A stretch of DNA of 64,000 bases from Balanoglossus misakiensis (lineage: Eukaryota > Animalia > Hemichordata): assembly GCA_040954595.2 (NCBI GenBank), contig CM082588.2, positions 2,516,144 to 2,580,143 on the forward strand. Reading direction: 5' to 3'. The position numbers were made by a program, and so were the translations under genes. The notes beneath the pieces were generated by a model. It did not search any database. It was not told the origin of the DNA and saw only the letters and a program-made list of their open reading frames with translations. Shown piece by piece: positions 29,031-41,800 of the stretch. Numbering within the stretch: position 1 is the stretch's first letter; every line of letters begins with the position of its first letter.

Positions 29031-30179
29031 ACCGGTCGGCCTATCCCAGAAGATGTAGAGCTAGCGAACTCTTAAACACATCGTCACATACAGACTTCTT
29101 TGACTACAGACAGTATTGATGGCATACATCACCTGAAATGAAAATACGCGCTGTAAATGAACTTGATTACAAACGTGTGGAAATATATGTTGACATCACT
29201 GAGAAAATTTCCATCCTACGGGTGACGGGCAAAGTTTAATTGTTTCCCCTGGTCGTTTTGTTTCTGAGGAGTCGATGAACTCATGAAAGTGGCGACCATT
29301 TCTTGTACACAAAAGCTTGTGAACGTAAAAAGTGATGAAGTTACGGTTGTCTTTACTCAACGATCGATTAAAGCGACATGCATGGGCGATGCAAAGTGGG
29401 TTCCGCATATTGTCGGACAGGGCTTGTGGTGTTTTTTGATGTCTGTTAATTGCGCCAGAAATTTTTTCGTTTTGCGACTGCTTTCGTGCAACTCCACCGT
29501 ACGTAAGTTTCGAAATCGTGCGTATTGCGGCAAAATTGTCCGTCATGTTACTAGTACCAGGCGACGTACGTACCGGTAGGGTAACTCGCAACAAACGTAG
29601 ACCCCCCCCCACACACACTTAGTGACTGACACAATTGTGAAAAGCCGCGACAAAAAGCGACAAGTGTTTTCTCATTTGAATATTAGGACGTCCGTCTCAC
29701 CTGGTGCAGGCATACATTGCTTCAGTTCAGGCGCATACCTGGGCTTCGGACGCAGTCATATTCACTGGCAGTGGTTGCCACGAACTCGGCGAATGACCCC
29801 AAACGTGCAGACAGCAGAATTGACGAGGCTACAAAACAATACCGTCGTTTTTATTACGCCAGTCAGAGTCCACTGCAGTTTCCTCGTAACTTCGCCGGCA
29901 ATCAACATGTAAGTATATCCTTTATAGTAATTTAGAAGGAGTAAAGCGGGCCCTTTTATGTGTTTTGGGGGGGATGGTACATTCAGAAAGAATACCCGTA
30001 CGCCTCAGTAGAAGATAGAGAGTCAGGTTTATTAATTTTCGTTTCGGATAAATTACATTAGAGAATATATTCACCAAGGGTTCAACAAATTGATCCTAAG
30101 ACAAAAGCCAAAACAAGAAAGCATTTACTCGAGAACACATCCGCAGGTCGAACACATTGTTATTGCACACCGATATAGT

Positions 30180-31072
30180 TTACATTTTGTGATATGGTGA
30201 AAGTGAATCTGTTGGCGTCTCTTCAGAATGGACGTCCACAACGTGTACTTCGTTGTCAGCTGCACCGTTGTGAGAAAACGTCGCGTCATTCATTGTTGAA
30301 TAAGGGTGTTGATATTCACTCGTGGAGTCCACCGAAGCCAGTGGTGACGGGCTACTTGGCCCACGTTCGACGTCGTATTCATCGAAAGTGAAATTTGGGT
30401 TTTCGTGCCAGAAAGCCGGGATCGACATTTCAATGCTCGGTCTGGGCCGACGCTGACCGAATAACGAAGAGCCTGAAAGGTTCGATGATTTTGATCTCGA
30501 GAGTTTCGATGTCGTCCCGCTTTTCATGCTGTTATCCACTGTCCAGTCGTTGTTGAACAGAGTCAGGTCGGCAAACGGGCGACTGGCATCCGTGGGCTGT
30601 GAGTTTGAAGGAGCGATGATGAGGTCACCGTCGACGTCCAGGCTTTTGGATCTCAGTCGGGGTGTGTTCCCTTTGACCCGTTGTTCCTGACAGACTGCAA
30701 ATGAAAAAAACTCTCATGAAAATTATTCACGGCGTTATGAATAAAAAGTAACGCCCCTGAAGATATGTCAGATAGAAATACCAGATAGTTAGCGATTTAT
30801 ATAACACTTGAAAAAAAGAAAACTTACCCCGGCAACATCGTCGTATCATATTAATGCCAGCCGCGAGAAACACAATCGCAATCACCGACGTTACTATGGA
30901 AACTGAAAATAAAACAATACGCTCTTTAGTCAAAAACAAATTTTCCAAGTTTACCTATCGTACCAGTGAAACCATAGACAGTCTGTCTATGGTGAAACCA
31001 AGAAATCTATTTTTTTCACAATTGTGTCAACATCAACTCACCAGCGATATACGTCGTTCTGTCTGTAGCCAT
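30180..31072 (-). CDS. Uncharacterised single-pass membrane protein, paralogue 2 (206 aa)
   Basis: Exons 31072-31042 (31 nt, CACCATGG Kozak context), 30902-30828 (75 nt) and 30694-30180 give MATDRTTYIAVSIVTSVIAIVFLAAGINMIRRCCR|VCQEQR...ATFSH...HVVDVHSEE...*. Confidence 0.82.
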
Positions 31073-32096
31073 GGTGATTTTCTAAATCCAGCATCGGAGT
31101 TCACCATTCGGCTTTCTCACCGTTCACCTGTAATGACAAATGGTGCCATATATTTGTTAGTCGATTCGAATAACTCGCTAATACATTAAGACAACAGACT
31201 GATGCACGGTATAGGTTGACGTCTAGCATAACGGTATACATCAGAGTACACACTTTTATTGAACAATCGATCGATTTTAAAGGCAATCGTGATGTGCCTA
31301 TGGAAACGTACAAAATGTCTCTTTCGATCTCAAACACCGAGCTCGGATCGGCTAAATTTTGCAACACGTAATCTGAAGATGGGCCTGTTGTCAATACGGC
31401 CTCGCCGGAAAGACCAATTGGAACTTACCGCGTGATCCTGTTGCGTTGGCCCGGTCAATTCCACCGCTAGACTTCAACGTCGCCTCGCATCGTTCTATCA
31501 AGTTCCGACGCAATCAATTAACTGTATGTGGTTACGATATAGGGTGGATTAACGAGCGGAGACAATGCGTCAGAATATTTATAGACCATGAGGCTGGAAG
31601 GTCACTATAATATTTATTCGTGAAAACCGATAAAGTCGTCTTGGGTCTAGCTTCTTTTAGAACATAGCGTTTGATCCGCCACGATACAAACCGTCTGTAT
31701 TCGTGTTCATGCGCATGTTTATAAACGTTAAAACACCTGTCCATCGACATCAATATTGTTCCTTCTATCTCAGGCTAAATTCACACATACGACTACATCC
31801 ATACATAAGAAAGCACATACAGAAAGTAATTATACAAAATAAATTTATTCTGAGATAGAGCCGTAAAATAAAATAAAAAACATAGTGAAATATTTATAAC
31901 CCTATAGACACATCCTAAGAGCAAGAAATCCAAGGAGTATGTTTTTGTCCATGTCACACGAAGCCAGCCGCGCGATGTTGGGGATGACGACTTCTATTTC
32001 GTCCTGTAAATGACTATATCTTCAACTGAATTTCCTGGCCAACTCGGCGCCCGTTCTGCAGGAAGTCCACCACTACCAGAAAGGTCACGTGACACG

Positions 32097-32641
32097 TCAA
32101 GTAACGGAATCGTCCTTTTCCGTTTCCCCCTCGATTGGTGCAACAGATATCTTCCTTTGATATCGCAAGGAATGTTGTTTTCTAAGCCACGTCCAGCATA
32201 CTGCGAATAGAACAGAACGTTGAGTTTATTTTGTGTGGTTGACAAGCTGCGTTCATGCATTCACGGCCGACTGGTGGTGTACGTACGTAGGCCTACGTAT
32301 TCTTTCCGGTGATGCGATGTTAAGTCATAGAAACGGACATTTGCTCGATTTCAGGCCGTGATCAAATCCACTTACTTTTGCGACAATGGCATGCGACGCT
32401 GACACCTGCAATCGTCAACAACATTCCGAAGATTGATCCAAAAACTGCCACTGAAATAAAACCAAGACGTGATACCGTTAGACTTCGTTCGTTGTGAACG
32501 TATCCAGTCTGTTTGTATGCCATTTCCGTCCAAGTAGTGTGCAGCAAGTTTAGCTGTCGAACTATCAAAAATGAAACAGACAATTCATTGCCTCTGGCAT
32601 TGCTTACCAAGTATATGGGCAGTGGTCCATGTTGACACCAT
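32097..32641 (-). CDS. Uncharacterised single-pass membrane microprotein, paralogue 3 (70 aa)
   Basis: Exons 32641-32608 (34 nt), 32450-32376 (75 nt) and 32200-32097 give MVSTWTTAHILVAVFGSIFGMLLTIAGVSVACHCRK|ICWTWLRKQHSLRYQRKISVAPIEGETEKDDSVT*. Confidence 0.72.
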
Positions 32642-33578
32642 AGTCGTGCTCACAAGACAGTGAATGACGTGTCTTCACGCAATGCTTTACGCATCTGTAA
32701 TCAGTCAATTAAACTATTGTGGTGTTGATTCAATTCATAGACCAAGGGGTGCTAAAGAAAGCAAACAATAAATCTGGCTCCTTCGCTTCATGCATTGTTC
32801 GGATAACGACCAACAAAATCAATAGCTTGAATTGCGTGTAAAGAATAGGACCGTCACAATGGTGGCGCAACTGTATACGCGTTACACAGGAGTTTTGCTT
32901 TAAATATGTCTACTTTCACTTTTACTTAGAGCGGTCTAAGCGCGAAAATTCCAGAAAAGTGAATCTTTCAACATGATATAACTAATTCTGTATGCGAATT
33001 CTTTCAAATTCTTGCGGGGGGGGGGGGATTTACCTTCGACTGTTCCTAGTACGTCGACTTGTCTCCACATGACAACAACAAGCAGGTGGGGGTCACCACC
33101 AGGGCAAGCAGACTGAGACATGCGCACTGTAATGTCTAAGAAATTTCACCCCGGCTTTCACGAACTGCCATGCATTGATAAAGTCTATCCCACTTTTGAA
33201 GTCGCAAAATTCCTGTGTGATTTTTATACTTCTCTAGAAGGACCTCCATTATGATTGGTACAGAAGTGTCTGTTTATTCTTCTATGTAACTTTAACTTTG
33301 TAGTGTATCAATGATGGTTATTTGTTAAGAAGAAAAATCTCTAGAGTCCATTTATAAAATCTAAAAAAACAATTTTATTCTTTAAATGGTTGGTATGATT
33401 GATCTTCAGTTAAAAACTACACTACTCACAGTTTCATAAATTAATCATGAACAACAAAGGAATGCTAATTGCTTTGCAAAGGTTCGTCGTTTCTTTTCAA
33501 AGTGTACAGCAATATAAATGGTGTATATAGATAGTACATGTACATGTAGATTAACCTAAAAAAACTTCCATTATGCTT

Positions 33579-36500
33579 TCAACTTCTATGATGCCTTGAA
33601 TCTCTCCTTGAGGGGAGTTTGTCCCTGTTGTGAGAGCTTGGCTGAGGTCGGCTGGATTTCATGGGGTTACGGTGATCCCTTCTGTCACTATCATTCCTTG
33701 GTGTACTTGCAATGCTCCCGGTTCTCATACTCGTCTTGTGTCGGTCCCGGAAATCCCTCTCATGGCTGGCTAGATCTTTGATACCTGCAGCGCTTCTCTC
33801 ACGGTTTCTGTGTCTGTCCTGGTGGCTGCGTGGGTCTCCGAGTGAATTTCGGCCAGATGGCTGACGGTCTCTGTCCCTACTGGAAGTCCTTCCCATTGTA
33901 TCTGTCTTATTTCTGTCTCTTCTACTACCTAATTCTCTCCGTTGTTCCGACTGTCTGCTCTTTTCAATGATTGATCTGAGGTCCTTCCGAGAATTCTCAG
34001 ATGTTCTCCTGGACTGTCTTACTTCTTCACGTCTTTTATATGAACTTGAATTGACCTCACGAGTTTTCTGCACAACTTTAACATCAATTGTTTTTTCCTT
34101 CTCTTTCTCATCTTCTGAATCGCTACTGAGGATTTCTCCTTCTGACAGTTCATACTCTGTCTCTGTCACGCTTTGGACATTACCACCATCGGTTTCTGCT
34201 TCGGGGTAATTGCCTACATTCAAGCTACTGTCAGGAACAATGCCTTCTTCAATATCTCGACTTTGGCAAGGAGTGGGTTCTTCATTGTTTCCGATGTGTG
34301 ACGTACAGGACCCGGGGGTTGGTGGCGCCTGATCGCCAAAGCTGGAGTCAATTTCACTGTCACTACCAACAGTCTCTAAGGATTGTTCATTTTCTTGATT
34401 ACTCTGCAAAGGTTCATCACACATTCTCTTCTCATGCATATGCTCATGAACAGTGGTCTCGACTATAGTTTCAGTTGTTAGCCCTGGTTGATTACACGAG
34501 GCCTCCACATTTGCTTGCACTTTGACCTGGCACTCATCATTTTCCTGGACACCACATGTTTCTGATCTGCCATCAAATTCTTGATCATCTGTTTCTCTTG
34601 GATTGCCTGAAGGTTCTGTATCATGATTCAGCTGACTTGTTGGGCCATTTTGTTGGCCATTGTTATTGTCTAAATTGAGAGCATCATCAGTAACTGCTTC
34701 AAGTTTACTTGTGTCAACAGAGATCTTATCATTCATTTTACTTACAGTCACAATTTCATCCTGATCTGCACTTGTCAATGCACTCTCTTGGCCATTTTCT
34801 TCACTATCTGCTACAGTCGTATCACTGGCATCTTTGTGATTGATTCCTGCAGGGACAGCCTCTGTTCTTACTCCCGGCTTATCTTTGCTTTTCCTTTTCC
34901 TTGCTTCTATTTTTGACTTATCGTTTCCTGACTTCTTTCTTTTCTTCCCTCCTTTATCTTCAAAGGAGCTTCTTCTCCTTTTCTTCACTGTTGTCTGATC
35001 AACTTTCTGAGATTCTACAGAGACAGTGTTGGACTTGTTCATTCTGTGATTTTTTGAGTTTGAAGAAGCTTTTTCCCTGGTATCTACACTCTTTGCTTTC
35101 TTTTCCTTGCCTGGCTTTTGTCTGCTAGACTTGGTTGGCTGTTTTTCCTTTGGGACAATCTCACCGGAGCTTTCTGCCTCTTTACTGTTATCACTGCAAG
35201 TTTGTACACTTTCCTGATGACAATGCTTTACTTCCCGTTTCTTCTCTGCATAGCCTTCTCCCCCTTGATCCTCAGTTGACAGTTCCTGATCATCACTTCC
35301 CCTTTCATCAATAGATTTGCTCTCGGACACTTGATTCTCTTGGCAATCCTGGGACGTCAGAGATATTTCTTCTTTCTTTTCCGTATCCTTATCCTGTACA
35401 TCTGCCTTTTTTACCTCAGTTTTACTGCCTTGCTTCTTACCACTGCTTCTCCTAGATTTCACTTTCTTTGTAACATGACTTTCCTTTGTCTGTATCTGTT
35501 CCTTGACACTGCTGGAAAGTCTCTTTGTGCTTCGAGTTTTGGTAGTTCCACTACTCCTACGTTTGGTTTTGGATAATTTGGTTTCCTTGCTATCCAGTCC
35601 AGAGGGCAGAGACTCATTCATTTCCAGTGTTTCTCTGCTTTCAAGTTTTGATCTGTTCTCTTTTCCACTGTCTACACTTGCCTGGTTTCCACTTTGTCTT
35701 CTGAGTTTTCCGGAGAGTTCACTCTTCACTAGTTTTCCCTTTTCAATGTCCTTTTCTTTTTTAAGGGTTTCTTTTCGGTGATTCTGTTTGTGGCCTTTTC
35801 CAGAACTTTTTTCTGTAACTTTATGATGCTTGTTTACTTCAACTGCTGTCTTTCCATTTTCCTGTTGAGTCACGGAATTTTCTCTGACATGGTCCTTCTT
35901 TCCAGTGGTACGCTGCGTCTCTGTCCTCCTCTGTTTTGCATGTTTTTCACCTCTGTCTGCTTTCATGGATGAAACCTCCACACTGCCACTTCGACTTCTC
36001 TTCCTGCTAACCTCAGATGTTCTCGTTTTATACTTTGTCTCAGATTTACTGACAGAAGACTTTTCTTCATGGTGTGAAACTGTATTGCTCCCACCACTGC
36101 CAGTGCTGTGACTTCGACTCCTTGATGAGCGGGGTGCTCTATCATGTGAAGGCTTGCTGAGCTTCAGTGGAACACTATCAGACTTCTTTGCAGGCTTATC
36201 AGAACTGCCAGGTTTATGGCCACTTTCCCTTGTGGAGCTGCTTCCCTTGTGATGTGTATAAACCTCATGATTCACGGCAGCACATGTCACAGTGTCAGAC
36301 TGGCAGGTAGGTTCAGCAATACTTTTACTCGCAGTGTTTGTGTGAACGCCATATCCTTGATCTGTGTAGTACTGGTTGTAGGATTGTTGTGAATACATCT
36401 GGCTGACGCCATCCCAACTCAGCTGATCTCTGTCCGAGGCACCTGACACAGTGTTATATTGCACCGGTTCATTACCATACACAACATCATTCTGAGCAGA

Positions 36501-37325
36501 ATTCTCGGCCCTTGGTGTACTGTCCATGTCTGGTTTCCTTGCCTGATGGGCTAAAGTCATGAGTCTGTTGGAAATTCCCATCTTGTCTTTGCTGCCAATG
36601 TTGCCCTGAAGCTGGGCCATTCCCAACTCTTGGATTTTGCTCTGTGCATACTGCAATCTGAAATGAAATGAGAAAATGCTCATGTAGTGTGATGTTTTAT
36701 CCTTGTGCATGTACACGTAATAAACATTTCACAAAGCATCAAGTTTGTTTTCCATTTTACTTACTTTTTTCTCAACCTGTCAATTTCATAGTCTTTTCTT
36801 TCAACTTCATTTTTGGCAGTCAAGTACAGCAGAGAAATGTTTTTTCGGAGTACTTCATTTTCTTCAGCATAAGCCTTGTTCTGTAAAAGATGATGAAACA
36901 GATTCAGTTATAATCATAAGCTTACATGAACAACCTCTGCTTGGTACACAACTTGCAATACATGAATGTATTTATATACAATTTATTTATAACACTTTTG
37001 TTCAGTATTTTTCTTACCTCAGTTTTAAACTGTTTGTTCTCTCTGGAAGCCACCTCTAGTTGGTTTTTACATACTTCATGGTCTTCTTTCAACTACAATT
37101 AAAACACAAAAAGGTTACATGATTTCCTAATTGCTTTGCACCAACTTGTACCAATCACCATAGACGAGAACAATGTTTTATCATTAGTAAAAGTATGTGT
37201 ACACTCTGTACCTGTTCAAACTGGGTCTGGATGTCGTTGGTGACAATATCAGTGTACAGATCAAAACCACAACTCTCTTCATCTATCAACTCCACTGGAG
37301 TGGATACCTCATTTGTCACGTCCAT
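33579..37325 (-). CDS. CASP8AP2: CASP8-associated protein 2 / FLASH-like (histone pre-mRNA 3' processing factor), ~1127 aa
   Basis: Exons 37325-37212, 37092-37018, 36880-36765 and 36657-33579. FDLYTDI followed by the coiled coil ENEVLRKNISLLYLTAKNEVERKD matches FLASH LDLY...[37 protein letters not shown] matches the FLASH ARS2-binding EEGEI motif. Confidence 0.8.
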
Positions 37326-37704
37326 TACTGATTTCAGATCACGGTCATTCCATTGATGAATTCTGCAAGAAATGATAACTATCTTAGAACCCTGTTTCAT
37401 CATGGAGATCAGCCAACCAATTCCCAGGGCAGCACAACTGGAATCTCCCATTTGATCCACGGTATCCTTTCATTAATGTGTGCGTGATAAAACTGTCACT
37501 TGTCCGTCATTGGCATTTTTGAATTATTGGGTCATTCCCGCCGGACCCTAGCCCAGGCGCAACAGTTTCAGTTTGTGCCTTCAAACTCGTGATCGATGGC
37601 GATCCAATTGATTCTTTCGGTTTTATAACCAACGTATAGGCAAGAGAAACTAGCAAAGATGTAAAAGACAAGGTACCTACCGCTTACAAATAAACGCTTT
37701 CCAT

Positions 37705-38200
37705 TTTCACTTTGAGAGACTCCGTGACCCTAGAAAAATGAGCAAAGAATTTACAAACAAACAGATTCACTAAGTGAACCCCCCGTTTACACGTCTTTTC
37801 GGTTTTAGTATCTTAGTAAAACGACAATTTCTTGATGATTCCGGAGTATCTGAATTGACGAAATCGTTAATTGAAAGTAAAAGCACCTTTATGACCAATT
37901 ACACATCTTCGGATACCCTTTTCACTGAGTAAAACATAAATTTACTTATCTAGCATTTTATTACTCGCCTAGGGCGTTGTATATCCCACAATTCTCTACA
38001 CACGGAAGACTTCCGGAAGTTGATAAGCTCAGCTGGTAAGGACCAAAACAACGTCTCATTCCTTTGGGGTCTGTAAACGCCAGCGAAAAATACCAGTCCA
38101 CAGAATTTAAACAATGCTTATCAATATCAAGGTTTAGCGATTTTCATTGATTGTGATGCATCAACCTGGAGTCATCAGACAAAAATAGGATCCGTTTCAG
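37705..38200. promoter_or_regulatory. Probable bidirectional promoter of CASP8AP2-like and SMCR8
   Basis: Head-to-head 5'UTR exons (donor-like sites near 37680 on - and 38201 on +). Clustered ETS/GABP-type sites CGGAAG and the palindrome ACTTCCGGAAGT lie at ~38003-38020. Confidence 0.55.
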
Positions 38201-38813
38201 GTACGTACGTACGAGAGGTCAACTCGAGGTTGGCTGTTTATTTACTGTACACAAGGTGCTCGCAATTCGAGAGGCACTTCGCAGCTGTTGTTTATGTGAT
38301 CGAAGTCATCGATCGACACCATAATAATCCTTGACAAGACTAGAGTATCACACCCTGCTCTTGTGCATAGTCACTCGCTCCACAACTGTGTGTGGCCTGG
38401 ACTCGTGGACAATGATATAGACAGTACGTGCAAGGCCACTTGCGTTGTGTAAGTCAGTGAATCATTGGAGGAGGATATGACAAGTCCTCATATCGATTGT
38501 GTCCCTTTGTATTTTGTATTGAAGCACCATCACCTTGTTCACACCTGCATAGTGTGGGATACAAGATAGGGAAAAGCATTCTGCAAGGGACACGCCCCCA
38601 GGAAACAAAGAATGAGTAACACAAGGACATGGGGGCAGTCAGTGTGCAGATAAATGCTAGTATCAACATTGCTTTCATAAATTGAGAAGCTATCTTTGGT
38701 TTATTTTTACAGGCATTGACAGAGCAACATGCTGCTACTACGATGACGTGAATTGTTTTTAAAGTAGAAAGTATACTTTTTATACACCCAATCCCCCTAC
38801 CACCAAAACCACC

Positions 38814-41800
38814 ATGGCTCTGTTCGGTGGCTACAGTGAAGTGGCAGCCTACAGCCAGTCACCGGAGATCTTCTTCGAGGAAGAGGAGGACGTTGAAATG
38901 ATTGCAGAACTTCCACCGCATCTCATGCCACAGGTCATAGTGCCACATCCCTGGTTGACAAATGCCAGTTTTACAGAAGATTTCATCCTTATTTCAGAGT
39001 TTTCAGAGCAAGAAGGCCCTAAGCCGCTGGTAAGCTTTAAGTGAATGGTGTTGTCACTTTAAATAATTAAATAGTGTTACTTTTGCTGAAATCATTTACC
39101 AGTACATGTACACTTATGGTCACTTTTCACAACCTTAATTGTTTTTTTTTTTATATTTCCTTTAGATCACCATACCCGCTGATGCAGGGGGTACATTTGA
39201 TTTAAATGCATTTGCTGTGAAAATCATGGCAGTGGATTTCCAAATGGTTGGAGGGTAAGGCCTCTACATTGTAGTCTAGTCTATCTGCATTCTTCTGTTA
39301 TACTTAAGTTATAACCCTTTATTTTCAATTCTGATGTAAGTAATATATTTCCCATGTTTTGCTTTAGAGTTCATTTCTCAGTAGCTGGGGATACACAGAT
39401 TGTTGTTGAAGAGGAAAAAGAGCGTGCATATGCATATGTAAGTAAAATGCCCAATAAATAAACTAACACAACCTTTATGCTTGTAGTCAGTGTTGTTGTC
39501 ATTAAAAAAATCTGGTCCTGATTTCATGTTTGTTTAAATTATTTGTTTTTGTACTGATGTATTAACAGTTGTCCTGTTGACTTGTTTGTAGGTCCATCAT
39601 TTCACACTTTACGACACTGAAGCTAGAGGATTTGTGCGGCCATTTTGTATGGCATATGTTTCACCGGATAAGGGGTAAGCTCTCTGACTCTTAAAATGTG
39701 TGGGCACAGTTCTGTGAATGAACCAAGTGTATGCTGTGTAAACAGAAGGTCAGGAATAGAAACAAAGCGTATTATACTTTGATGTTGTCCCACTGATTCA
39801 GCACTTGTTTTCCCCCGACAGGAAAATAATGAATAACTTTGCTGAATTTTTAAAAGAGTTCAAGAAGGCCTCTAATTATTTCAAGTACGGCAACAGATTG
39901 CACTTCCTGAAGGACCTTGATCGTGGCATTGCAGATTTAAAGTACACCAAAGGTGAGATATTTGACATCTGCTTGGGACCACACTGACTTGTTTATCACA
40001 GGCCTGATCTTTTGAATATGTACTGGTATGTCTTCTTATCCTTTTCTTCTCCTTTTTTGAAGAACAATTTATCCAGTACAAAAGGGGCGTCAAATTGGAA
40101 GATGAAGTCCGTAGACAGAGTGATGCACATGAATTCTTCTCCTACACAGTTGAAGAGAATTTTAATCATCAGATGGAAGAAATGATCAATATTGTGAATA
40201 CTGTCAAACCTCTTATGGTAAGGGCACTGTTTATATTTTGTGTGAGCTATCCTTTGTTAAAAATATCAGTAGTCGGCAACGTTATGCAGCATAACTATGC
40301 TGACAGGCACATCAACAACTACATAATGTGTTGTTCACTTTACAGACCAACAGAAAACTTGAGGCAAGATTTCAAAGACTCGAGGAAAGAGCAAGCCAGG
40401 GAACAAACTTTCACTCAAGACTTGCAAAAAAATGCAACCCCCGGGAAGATGGCTACCACAGTGACAGCTCAGACATACCAACTCTATCTAAAGCAAGAAG
40501 TAAGCTTTGCAGGCATCTATCAGACACATATGCTAACATTCTGCGATAAAACTTGATTCTCAGTGTCTCCTGTTTCTACGAGTAATCTTGTCCATTGTCT
40601 TTTGATCAACAGAGTTTATGACTCCACCGTGTTCGTTTCATGGTGATGAGATGTACGTGCCAAAGCTGGTGAAAACCGATTCCTTCAGGAGGTTTGACCA
40701 TCCACTGAGAACAATTCATCAGCTGTGTGGGTGGGGAGCAAAAGATGGACTGAACAGACTCAGAAAGATCCAGCAGGTAAGACATTGCAATAGAAAAACT
40801 CGTTTATACTGTGTGTAAGTGATGACGATAACATTTTCTCAGTCAGTATATTGCAGCGTTATGTAAATAAAACTTTTACATTTATTATTTTTTCAGTGCC
40901 ACAGCCGAGATCCTTTGATAATAAGTTTTGAAAGGCGAGAGACTCACCTAATAGAACCGCCATCAACACTCCTGACAATCGGAAGAAGTGTCGCCATTAA
41001 TTTTCTGCACAAAATTGATCTGTGAGTATTCAAGTGAATGATTAGTACTTGATTGTATCTCCCACCCCCAGTTAATTATTTTTATCACTCCAAACTAATT
41101 TTATGTTTTGTTCACTTATGCACAGCAGTGATGCCAATGCTGCCACCTGCTGGCCTTTGTATGAAGTCTACAAAACCAAGATACGCAGTGACAGCACCAG
41201 TGGGTACAGTTCGTACAGTGACAAAAGATGGATTGTGGAAAATAAAAGAAACAACGAACAGGTAATTAGAATCTTGCGTGTTAATTATGATGGTGTCATA
41301 GTTGTCCTCACAAATAAGCAAATCTGTGACTCAAATGGCATAATGAGAGTGGATAAAGTCTCTATGTTGTTCAGTTTAGACAGTTTTTACTGTACATATA
41401 ACATTCCACTGTTCCTTTCTTTCAGTCAGAGAATCTGTCTCTGTCAAGTCTTGACACCATTGATTCCTACATCTCGTACTCCGATGACTCGGCTGATAGA
41501 GACCCGAGATCCAGCTATGATGCCGCCTTTGTTCTCGGTTCAGCTTTTGTCTCTCTCGAGTAAGTGTACATTCTCTGATGATCTAGCTAGTACACATGTA
41601 CCTTTCACATGAGATATCTGATGTGGTGTAAACAGCATGTAAGAGCAAGAAAAACTTTGCCTGCTACAAAGAATGAAATTGCTGAAAAGTTATTACATGT
41701 TTCATTTCTCCTAGATCCCTGTATTACGATGTAGCCGAGAGTCCGTACAGTGACAGCTCTGACAGTGAATATGACATCATCAGTGAGTCTTCAGAGAGCA

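Noticed and set aside
32362-32610. ORF-track start MVSNARG.../MAYKQTG... for paralogue 3
   Set aside because: An internal acceptor at 32451 and a donor at 32607 reproduce the family's 75-nt exon, so the ORF's N-terminal part is probably intron.
33596-36145. Plus-strand and alternative-frame ORFs within the FLASH-like large exon
   Set aside because: They are low-complexity antisense or frame shadows with no independent evidence.
37462-37470. GTATCCTTT resembling a U12 intron donor (similar sequence near 46894)
   Set aside because: It is on the non-coding strand of the FLASH-like intron, and the second lies inside a predicted exon. No minor intron is needed for any gene model.
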